A program made the translations under genes and the position numbers. Of a stretch of DNA of 64,000 bases, positions 12,131-22,134 are shown piece by piece. Origin of the DNA: Hypanus sabinus (lineage: Eukaryota); NCBI RefSeq assembly GCF_030144855.1, contig NC_082729.1:16554001-16618000 (forward strand), in the 5' to 3' direction. The notes under the pieces are model-generated. The model worked only from the letters and a program-made list of their open reading frames with translations. It had not been told where the DNA came from and made no database searches. Each line of letters starts with the position of its first letter. The first letter of the stretch is position 1.

Positions 12131-13759
12131 ATGAGCGAGTTCACATCGGGGTACATCTGCTCTGAACCTGGGACGGGAGTTACTTGTTCATCCCAACTGC
12201 AGACAAACCAGTTAGTTCGCACTGTGGAGAGGCCGTTCACCTGCTCAGACTGTGGGAAGAGATTCACTCAGTCATCCCACCTACTGACACACCAGTTAGT
12301 TCACACTGGGGAGAAACCATTCACCTGTTTAGACTGTGGGAAAGGATTCACTCGGTCATCTCAACTGAAGGTACATCAGCGAGTTCACACAGGAGAGAGA
12401 CCATTCACCTGCTTAGACTGTGGGAAGGGATTCTCTCGGTCATCTGACCTACTAGCACATCAGTCAGTTCACACTGGGGAGAGGCCATTCACCTGCTCAG
12501 TCTGTGGGAAGGGATTTCCTCGGTCATTTCAACTGAAGGTACATCAGCGGGTTCACACTGGGGAGAGGCCGTTCAAATGCTCTGAATGTGGGAAGGGATT
12601 CACCCAGTTAGCCCACCTACAGACACACCAGCGAGTTCACACCGGAGAGAGACCATTCACCTGTTCTGTGTGTGGAAAGGCATTCACTCAGTTATCAAGC
12701 CTCCAGACACACCAGTCAGTTCACACTGGGGAGAGGCCGTTCACTTGCTCAGACTGTGGGAAGGGATTCACTCAGTTATCCCACCTACAGACGCATCAGT
12801 CAGTTCACACTGGGAAGAAGCCGTTCACCTGCTCAGACTGTGGGAAGGGATTTCCTCGGTCATTTCAACTGAAGCTACATCAGCGAGTTCACACTGGGGA
12901 GAGGCCGTTCACTTGCTCAGACTGTGGGAAGGGATTCACTCAGTCATCCCACTTGCTGGCACACCAGTCGGTTCACACTGGGGAATGGCCATTCACCTGT
13001 TCTGTATGTGGGAAGGGATTCACTCAGTCATCCCACTTAATAGCACACCAGTCAGTTCACACAGGGGAGAAACCATTTGCCTGCTCAGACTGTGGGAAGG
13101 GATTCACTCGATCATTTCAACTGAAGGTACATCAGCGAATTCACACTGGGGAAAGGCCATTTTCCTGCTCAGACTGTGGGAAGAGATTCTCTCGGTCATC
13201 CCACCTACTGGCTCACCAGTCAGTTCACACTGGGGAGAAGTCATTCATCTGCTCTGACTGTGGGAAGGGATTCACTCGGTCTTCTCAACTGAAGGAACAT
13301 CAGCGAGTCCATACTGGGGAGAGGCCGTTCACCTGCTCAGACTGTGGGAAGGGATTTCCTCGGTCATTTCAACTGAAGGTACATCAGCGGTTTCACACTG
13401 GGGAGAGGCCATTCATCTGCTCTGAATGTGGGAAGGGATTCATTCAGTCATCTCACCTACAGACACACCTGCGAATTCACATGGGAGAGAGATCATTCAT
13501 CTGTTCCATGTGTGGGAAGGGATTTACTCACTCATCCCACCTACAAACACATCAGTGTGTTCACACTGGGGAGAAGCCGTTCATCTACTCAGAATGTGAG
13601 AAGGGATTCACTTGCTCATCTCACCTACTGACACACCAGCAGGTTCACGCTGGGGACAGGCCATTCACCTGCTCAGACTGGGAAGGGATTTCCTCAGTCA
13701 TTTCAACTGAAGGTACATCAGCGAGTTCACACTGGGGAGAAACCATTCACCTGCTCTGA
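12131..13759 (+). CDS. Poly-C2H2 zinc-finger protein (16 intact fingers plus 1 degenerate, no KRAB/SCAN/BTB seen), gastrula zinc finger XlCGF-like
   Basis: 542-aa ORF of 28-aa CxxC-x12-HxxxH repeats with TGE(R/K)P linkers; start codon uncertain. Confidence 0.9.
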   Translation: MSEFTSGYICSEPGTGVTCSSQLQTNQLVRTVERPFTCSDCGKRFTQSSHLLTHQLVHTGEKPFTCLDCGKGFTRSSQLKVHQRVHTGERPFTCLDCGKGFSRSSDLLAHQSVHTGERPFTCSVCGKGFPRSFQLKVHQRVHTGERPFKCSECGKGFTQLAHLQTHQRVHTGERPFTCSVCGKAFTQLSSLQTHQSVHTGERPFTCSDCGKGFTQLSHLQTHQSVHTGKKPFTCSDCGKGFPRSFQLKLHQRVHTGERPFTCSDCGKGFTQSSHLLAHQSVHTGEWPFTCSVCGKGFTQSSHLIAHQSVHTGEKPFACSDCGKGFTRSFQLKVHQRIHTGERPFSCSDCGKRFSRSSHLLAHQSVHTGEKSFICSDCGKGFTRSSQLKEHQRVHTGERPFTCSDCGKGFPRSFQLKVHQRFHTGERPFICSECGKGFIQSSHLQTHLRIHMGERSFICSMCGKGFTHSSHLQTHQCVHTGEKPFIYSECEKGFTCSSHLLTHQQVHAGDRPFTCSDWEGISSVISTEGTSASSHWGETIHLL

Positions 13760-14027
13760 GCGTGGGAAGGGATTCACTTGATCATCTCACATTGTGATAC
13801 ACCATTGGGTCCACACTGGGGAAACAGTTTAAATAAGCTGCATGCTGAATATGTAAACCACCACTGTTGCTGAATCCAGAGGCAAGTTCAAAAGTGACTG
13901 TTGGTGTTGAACTCTGCAATTATTGCTGCTGCTCCTCACACCCAGTTCACACTGGGCATGGGAGGAGTTTCTTCTGTTAATATTCAACCTTAAAGCGTCT
14001 GGAGTTTAATATTCTGGATCTGTGACT

Positions 14028-14033
14028 AATAAA
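14028..14033 (+). terminator. Polyadenylation signal of zinc-finger gene B
   Basis: AATAAA in the same context (GGATCTGTGAC.AATAAA) as in unit A. Confidence 0.6.
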
Positions 14034-14324
14034 TAAGTTCTATTTTAAACTCGGTCTCAGGTACTTAGTGAATCTGCAACACATCCAGTGTACAGTAGGG
14101 AGTCAACTCAACCTAGCTGCTTCCTGCCAGAGTTTCTGTTCCAGGATAGTCCTTTTAAATCCATCCCTGCTGTTTACCTCTTGCTCTCCTCTACCCCTGT
14201 CCAGAGCCCGAAACACTGCCCTGTTTTGACCCTTCTCTAGTTCCTGACCCTGCAGCCGTGTTGTTAGAATACACCACTGTCCTCTAAAGTCTGAAAGCAG
14301 AATAGGGAACCATTAGTTAGGTGA

Positions 14325-14605
14325 GGGTATACACTCAGCGATTCAGGAACAGCTTCTTCCCCTCTGCCATCCAATCCCTAAATGGACATCGAACCCTTGG
14401 ACACTACCTCACTTGTTTAGTATATATTATTTCCATTTTTTGCATGATTTTAAATCTATTCAATATATGTATACCTGTAATTGATTTATTTATTATTATT
14501 TTCTTTATTTTTTTCTTCTGTTATGTATTGCATTGAACTGCTGCTGCTGCTAAGTTAACAAATTTCACGACGCACGCCGGTGATAATACACTTGATTCTG
14601 ATTCT
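14325..14605 (+). mobile_element. Rex1-type LINE 3' tail
   Basis: TQRFRNSFFPSAI and a 3' UTR matching 5580-5835. Confidence 0.75.
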
Positions 14606-15899
14606 CATGGAGCAGGGTCAGAAACCAGACACAGGTGAGCACAGGGCAGAGTTTGGGGCTTTGGACAGTGGTAGGGGTAACAGCATATGATGAGGAGCAG
14701 GGAAACTGCAGGGGACATGGCAACTTTTGGAAGCAGATTGACAGAAAAAAACAGTAGGTTGACTTTGTTGACATTGAGAATATTGCTTGTGGGAGCTTGC
14801 TGTGTGTTAAACTGGCTACTGAGTTCTCATAAAAATATTGACTGAATTGGTGGCCTTTGGTAGAGGGGCGGTAGTGTTTGTAAATGCTTTCAATGGCACT
14901 GTTCTTACCCAGAAATCTGTGAGCTTCAGTACTTACTACCACTGCGAATCAAGCATGCAGGTGCCAAGAGTTCCAACGTTATGTTGAAAGGATCACTTGT
15001 GTTCCTTGGAAAAAAGGCTTCAGGAGTGGGTGTACTGCACCTCCCAGGCACAGCTGAGATCTTGCCAAACGGTTTGGGACTTGGACGAAAAATATGGTAA
15101 CGAGTTTATCTTGCATGCATAACTTGTAATGTATCTTTCAGATAAGTAGATGTGTGATTTCTTACCAATCAGTGGAGTATTAAGATCAGGTCCAATGTCC
15201 AGAACCAGATGATATTCATACCTCAGAAGATAATGGGAAAGGTTGCGACTGAGCCTTAACAGAAAGAACTGGGCCCAACTTCCAGTGAATTAAAATATTT
15301 GAACGAGGCAAAATCATGTCCTTGTGTCACTTTTGGTTCTTTAGTAGATCACTTTTGTTGAACGATATTTGGTTTTGGATCCTTCAGTCAAGTGAGATCA
15401 TTGTTTCTTCTATTCTACTTGCATGTGAGATGATAAACATCTCTGTCTTGGGTCATAATTGACTTGTAGCAGTCATACCATGGAAGTTCCACACATTAAC
15501 AATCTCAAATCACCTACCCTTGACCTTCATTAGCACTGCCTTTGCCAAGTTCTGCACTGTCAATCACCTCAGGGTGACGGTGATCAGAAAGTCTCCAGAA
15601 GCACCATATAAATACCCTATGCTCCTGGTAGAGCTGTGGGTCATGGCCAGAACTGATAAGCTATAGCAATGGGCAGAGACACATTGAGGCAATTCACAGA
15701 CAGCTGATGAGCAGGAATGTCCCATTATGATAAAGATTGGTAGTCACAGAATTTAATGCTTGATCAGCAACCAAATTTGTTCTTGTAATTTGTGTGGAGT
15801 CTCACAGTAACAGATATCAGAGATCACCCTTTGAGATTGAAATGATCCCATCTGAAATGCTGTCCTTCACAAATTGATGCCTATTGTAAACTTTTTACA

Positions 15900-17650
15900 G
15901 GGTAGAAAAAGCAAAGATTTGTGTACAGCAGTCTCAAACACAACTCAGCAGTTCTGCTCTGAATGTGTTTTTACCAGCACTTGACGGCCATCGATCTTTG
16001 AAGGTGGCATTGGAGATGCTAGGTAGCATGATAGATACCACGCCAGTAGTAGCAAGGAGAACCCAATCCAATGTATGGATAAAATTTGGATGAACCGTCC
16101 TGGAGATAAACCTTGTTAACTGTCTTCAAGTTATTGAAGCAGAGAGCAGGTATTTCTTCTGTAACTCCAGTTGTCGATACTTGGAACAGAAGGCACATCA
16201 CATCCCAGCTTGAAACATGCATGTGCTTTCTGTCTGAAATGAAATTTTCTGTTTTGACTTCTTATTGAAACCCATTGGTCCAGGGCCCTGTGAACACTAC
16301 AATAGATCTTCACTGGAGATCAGGTGCTCAACTGCTTGAAGTATGGGTGGGATTCACTGTGTCCTTGGATCTGATGAGACATCAGGGTGTTCATAGCAAG
16401 GAAATATCATTCACCTGTTCTGAGTATGTGAAAGGATTTAGTTGTTCATTTAGCCTGCAGGTAGGTCAGCAAATTCACAGTAAGGAAAGGTCACTTGGCA
16501 GATGATGTTTAATGTGAATAAGTGTGAGGTTATCCACTTTGGGAGTAAGAACAGGAAGGCAGATTATTATCTGAACAGTGTAGAGTTAGGTAAGGGAGAA
16601 ATACAAAGAGATCTAGGAGTCCTTGTTCATCAGTCACTGAAGGTGAATGAGCAAGTGCAGCAGGCAGTGAAGAAGGCTAATGGAATGTTGGCCTTTATTA
16701 CAAAGGGAATTGAGTACAAGAGCAAGGAAATCCTTTTGCATTTGTACAGAGCCCTGGTGAGATCACACCTGGAGTATTGTGTACAGTTTTGGTCTCCAAG
16801 GTTAAGGAAGGACATCCTGGCTGTAGAGGAAGTGCAGCGTAGATTCACAAGGTTAATTCCTGGGATGTCTGGACTGTCTTACGCAGAGAGGTTAGAGAGA
16901 CTGGGCTTGTACACGCTGGAATTAAGGAGATTGAGAGGGGATCTGATTGCAACATATAAGATTATTAAGGGATTGGACAAGATAGAGGCAGGAAATATGT
17001 TCCAAATGCTGGGAGAGTCCAGAACCAGAAGGCATGGTTTGAGAATAAGGGGTAGGTCATTTAGGACAGAGTTAAGGAAAAACTTCTCCCAGAGAGATGT
17101 GGGGGTCTGGAATGCACTGCCTCGGAAGGCAGTGGAGGCCAATTCTCTGGATGCTTTCAAGAAGGAGCTAGATAGGTATCTTATGGATAGGGGAATCAAG
17201 GGATATGGGGACAAGGCAGGAACTGGGTATTGATAGTAGATAATCAGCCATGATCTCAGAAAGGCTTGCAGGCTCGAAGGGCCAAATGGTCTACTTCTGC
17301 ACCTATTGTCTATTCATCTGTTGTGTGTGTGGGAAGGGATAAATGCAGTCTTCCAACCACACTGATGAGTTTACACTGGAGAGAGGCCATTCCTTTGCTA
17401 GGTTGTGGAATGGGATATGATTAGCTCTGTCATCCAGCCTGAAGGTACATTACATCAGAGAATTCTCACCATGGGATACCATAGTACCATAGTACACCAT
17501 AGTACACTTGTCCTGACTGGAAGTGGGATTCATTCAGTTCTCCAACATGAAGACACATCAGAATCCATACCAGGGAGAAGCCATTCACCCGCTCTCTCTG
17601 CGGGATGGGATTCATTTAAAAAGAGACTCAGTGCAATCAATTAAGCACAT
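15900..17650 (+). pseudogene. Zinc-finger unit C pseudogene, CR1-disrupted
   Basis: Homologous acceptor CTTTTTACAG at 15900; decayed fingers at 16330-16495 and 17315-17640; CpG-depleted promoter relic near 14940. Confidence 0.75.
16497..17314 (+). mobile_element. Young 5'-truncated CR1 LINE
   Basis: Uninterrupted 243-aa ORF2 C-terminus (16502-17233) and CTATTGT tail; splits the finger linker HSKERS|FIC. Confidence 0.92.
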
Positions 17651-17839
17651 TTACCAAAAGCACTCACACAGCATGGGACAGGAAAGAAGCACCAATGCGC
17701 TACTGTTCCACGTAGCCGCCCACAGGCAGGCATAGCTGGGACCCATGGCACATCTTTTGTTTGAAGGGAGGAACCAAAGGAGAAATTATTAAGAGTGAGG
17801 ACAAGTTTTGACAGGCGGAGGAGGGAGGAGAATGTCATC

Positions 17840-18300
17840 TATGTGGAATAGTCTATATTCCAAACCTTAGCTGGTATCACTCCCCAACTTTTCCTACGCT
17901 ACATCAACGGCTATTGGTGCTGCTTCCTGCACCCATGCGGAGCTCGTCAATCAACTTCCCTGCTCTTCACTTTGCCTTCCCCCACCTCCTGGTTTCACCT
18001 ATCAGCTTGTGGTTCTTCCTTACCTTCCCCCTCTCACTCTGACTCCTGCCGAAGGATTTCCACCCAAAACATTGACTGTACTCTTTTCCTAGACGCTGCC
18101 CGGCCTGCTGGGTTCATCCAGCATTTTGTGTGTGCAGCTCTGACTCCTTATCTTTTTTTTTCAGTCCTGATGAAGGGTCTCTGCCCCAAACGTCGACTGT
18201 TTACTTCTTTCCATAGGTGCTGCCTGGCCTGCTGAGTTTCTCCAGCAGTTTGAGTCTGTTGCTTGAATTTCCAGCAGCTGCAGATTTTTTCTTGTTTGTC
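17840..18300 (+). mobile_element. Penelope-like element fragment with two tandem terminal repeats
   Basis: Decayed RT (..LFLRYI..IGAAS) followed by two copies of the GCTGCC..GGCCTGCTGAGTT..CCAGCA repeat carrying hammerhead motifs. Confidence 0.7.
18162..18199 (+). ncRNA. Minimal type I hammerhead ribozyme, core-mutated
   Basis: CAGTC-CTGATGA-A-stem II-CAAA-CGTC-GACTG: perfect 5-bp helix I, but GAAA has become CAAA. Confidence 0.6.
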
Positions 18301-19844
18301 CTTGCTTTGCTGTGTGAGTGCTTTTAGGGCTTTACCCATGATGGATTGGTGGTACCCATTATATTTTGTAGTTTTTACTGCTCAAGGGGATTGATGTTCT
18401 CATACCAGGCCATGATACAACCTGTCAGTACACTCTCCACTGCAGATTTATAAAAGTTTGTTGAAGTTCCAGATGACATGTGGAATTTATGGAACTTCAA
18501 AGAAAATTGAGGCTTTCCAAGCCATCTTTGTAATGGCATTTATGTGCTGGTCCTAGCACAGACCCTCTGAAATGATGACATTGAAGAAGTTAGACTTTCT
18601 AACTCTCTCTACCTCTGATGAGAACTGACTCCCTAAGAACAGGGGATTTGAGTCGCACTCCATCAGGTTCAAGAACAATTATTACCCTTCCACTCATAGG
18701 CTCCTGAAACAGTGTGGATTACTCCATTCAACTCAACTCTGAACTGATTCTACAAACTAAGGACTCACTTTCAAGGACTCTACAACTGCTGTTCTCAGTA
18801 TTATTTAAATTACTGTTTATTTTTTATTATTTGTTATTTGTATTTACATACTTTGTCTTCTTGGCACATTGGTTGTGTGCAAGTTTTTCATTAATTATAT
18901 TGTATTTCTCTGTTCTGATGTAAATGCCCACAAGAAAATGAATCTCAGAGTTGTATATGGTGACCTATATGTACTTTGATATAAATTTACTTTAAGTTTC
19001 TTGTGATCTCAGACAGAGCAGTTGCCCTACCAAGCAATGATGGATCCAGGTAGGAACTTTTCTGTGGTGCATCAATTAAAAGACAAGTGTGTGCAGTCCC
19101 TGACTGGGGAACACTCAATGCCCACACTGGCTATACAGTAAGGGCATCCGATTCTGAAGGGAGGGATGGCACCATGTGCAAAGTGCAGAGCCAAGAGGAA
19201 CTTGGTGAACCTAGCCAGTGTCCCGTACAGCTGCTGGCATCAATGTCGGCACATTGCAAAGAATGGCTGCAATTCTTCGTAAGATCACCACCCTCACCTC
19301 CTCGTACTCGAAGGGTTCATAGTCAGCCTTAAACTCTTATTCCATACCTGGGTGGAATGGGACAGACATAGGTTTTTGGACCAGGCTTCACCCCCCTCAT
19401 GTGGCTCCTCGCATTACAAATCACTCCCACCATCCAAGTCCAAATCCTTCCTTTCACAGAAACATACAGCAAGAAAACAAACCCTTCTGTTCAGTGGCAC
19501 AGGACGTTATAGTGCAGGTGTACAAGATGTTAGTGAAACCATGCCTGGAGTATTTTCTACAGTTCTGTAAGTAAGGCAGACGAACTTACGTGGACAAGCA
19601 TGTGGAATTATGATGTTGTAGGCATTAGTGAGATTTGGTTGCAGGGGGGACAGGACTGTCAGTTCAGTGTTCTTGTTTTAGTCATAATAGAGGAGGAGGT
19701 ATTAATGGTGAAGGGGTGGCATTACTATTCTGGGAAATCACCACAGGGATGCCCAGATAGAACAGACTGGAGGGCTCGTCTACTGAGGAAATAAGAGTGG
19801 AACTGAAGGATAAGAAAGGGTTGATGAGGTTAATGGGTTTACAT

Positions 19845-20742
19845 TATTGTCATTTAGAAACCACAAATGCAATGTAGTTAAAAAATGAGACAATGTTCCT
19901 CCAGAATGATATCACAAAAGCATGTGACAAAACAGACTACACCAAAAAATCCACATAACATTTGGCAATCCCCAATCCAGAGTCCGGAGAGGCTGCTGCG
20001 TATTAATATCATGCTGCCGTCTTAGCACGTTCCCCGGAAAGGAGCTCCAAATCAACTAGACAAAACAAGACCAAAAACTAAAGCTACAAGACCTGCACAA
20101 AACCACATAGTTACAACAGTGCAAATAATAGCATAATTGATAAAAAAAAAACAGACCATGGGCACAGTAAAAATAGTCCAAAGATGTTAAAGGACTATGA
20201 GTTCAAAAGAAATCACCACACAGTTTCCACAAGTCCCCAGGGTCCCGACAGACTCGCCATACCACGCTGGCTGCAGAAGGGAATACCCCCACTATGGACT
20301 TCCACGGCGCTGCCTGACTCTGCTTCGCAGATGCAGCAGACAACGAAAGCTCCATCGAAACCAGCCTCGCAGACGCAGCACACAGTGAAAGCGACCTGAC
20401 CACAGCGGACTCCGAGTCCGTCGAACCTCTGAGCCAACGACCATCCCCTCCGGTACAGCTTCTCCAAGCACCATCCTCTGCCGAGCGTATTAAGACGGCC
20501 CCGCCAACGGCCATCGGCAATGCGACCCCGAGGACTGGGGGCCTGTTCTTCCCAGCAGAGTCCCGGACCTCACAGCAGCTGCAACAATGAAGAAGGTCTT
20601 CCTGGAGATTTCCCGATGTTCCTCCATGCTCCCACGTCTGTTTTCAATCAAATATGATTGCACACGGCACCCCATTTCACAAATAACAGGTAATCAGCTC
20701 AGGAGTGGCCGCTGCAAGCTGTGTTGTGCTGCCATCTTGGAT
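19845..20742 (-). mobile_element. CpG-rich non-autonomous retroposon
   Basis: Minus strand begins CAAGATGGC, ends in an AATGACAATAA LINE-type tail, has no RT homology, and sits between CR1 segments. Confidence 0.5.
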
Positions 20743-20749
20743 CAGAATA

Positions 20750-21770
20750 TAGAAGGCTGATTAGCAGGAGGCAGAGAGTGGGAATAAAGGGTGCCTTTTC
20801 TGGTTGGCTGTCGGTGACTAGTAGTGTTCTGCAGGGGTTGGTGTTGGGACCACTTCTTTTTATGTTTTATGTCAATGATTTGGATGACAGAATTGATGGC
20901 TTTCTGGCCAGGTTTGCAGATGAAATAAAGATTTGTGGAGGAGGGTGCTGCAGTGAAAGCAGGGAGGCTGCAGAGGGACCTAGAAATATTAGGAGAATGG
21001 GCAAAGAAGTGGCAGATGGAATACACTGTTGGGAAGTGTATGGTCATGCACTTTGGTAGAGGGGATAAAAGTATAGATTGTTTTCTAAATGGGGATAAAA
21101 TTCAAAGATCTGAGGTGCACAAGGATTTGGGAATCCTCATGCAGGATTCAGTGAAGGTTAATTTGCAGATTTGGTGAGGAAGGCAAATGCAACATTAGCA
21201 TTCATTTCAGGAGGACAAGAATATAAAATCAAGGCTGTTATGCTGATGTTTGATAAGGCACTGGTGAGGCCTCACGGAGTATTGTGAGCAGTTTTATGCC
21301 CCTGATCAAAGGAAAGACATGCTAACATTGGAGGGTTCAAAGGAAGTTCACAAAAATGATTCCAGAATTGAAAGGGCTATTGGGCTTGAACTTAATGCAA
21401 TTTGGAAGAATGAGGGGGATCTCATTGAAACCTATCGAATGTTGAAAGGCCAAGATAAAATGGATGTGGAAAGAAAGTTTCCCCCAGTGAGGGAGTCTTG
21501 GACCAGAGAGCACAGGCTCGGAATACAGGGATGTCCTTTTAGAACAGTGATGATGAGGAATTTCTTTAGCTGGAGGGTAGTGTATCTGTGGAGTTCATTC
21601 CCACAGGTGGCAGTGGAGGCCAGGTTATTGGGCATATTTAAGATGGAGGTTGATAGGCTCTGGATTAGTCAGTACGTGAAAAGTTACAGGAAGAAGGTGG
21701 GAGAATGGGGTTTAGAGTGAAAATGAAACAGACCTGATGAAATGGCGGAGCTGACTCAATGGGCCAAAGT
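20750..21770 (+). mobile_element. CR1 LINE RT and 3' region
   Basis: QGLVLGPLLF..YVNDLDD..FADE and RNFFSWRVVYLW. Confidence 0.88.
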
Positions 21771-21774
21771 CAGA

Positions 21775-22130
21775 AACAACTAAACAAATTGTATCGTGAT
21801 ACACCTTCTATCCATAGATGTTTGAAATTATACGTTCCTGCAAAAACATGAATTCAATAAGGGCAGAACATTAAACATAAAGAAAGGTGCAACTGAGCTA
21901 GTAGGATATAAACAAAGCAGCAGGATACAACTGATGGATGAATATGAAACATATGTACATATCTGCGATATCAACAAGCAAAGAGAATAGATCATAGTGT
22001 GATAAAGGGAAAACTTTCGACAGAATATACTTACGGGGTTAAGAAAGTCTACCAAATAGAGCTCAATAATAAGAAGGTAACAAAGGCAATAAACACTTTT
22101 GGTATACCCATATTAATGTAGTTCCATTTA
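21775..22130 (+). mobile_element. R4/Dong-clade-like RT fragment
   Basis: Manual translation gives RTLNIKKG...MDEYETY and IELNNKKVTKAINTFGIPILM, which resembles the post-RT motif LNxKNKIxAINTxAxPxxxY. Confidence 0.55.
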
Positions 22131-22134
22131 GACC

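Noticed and set aside
12586-13257. 223-aa [14 protein letters not shown] repeat protein (also in gene D)
   Set aside because: Shifted-frame reading of the 84-bp finger repeat; no independent evidence.
12230-13700. CRISPR-like regular repeats
   Set aside because: The 84-bp period is C2H2 coding sequence in eukaryotic DNA; no unique spacers or cas genes.
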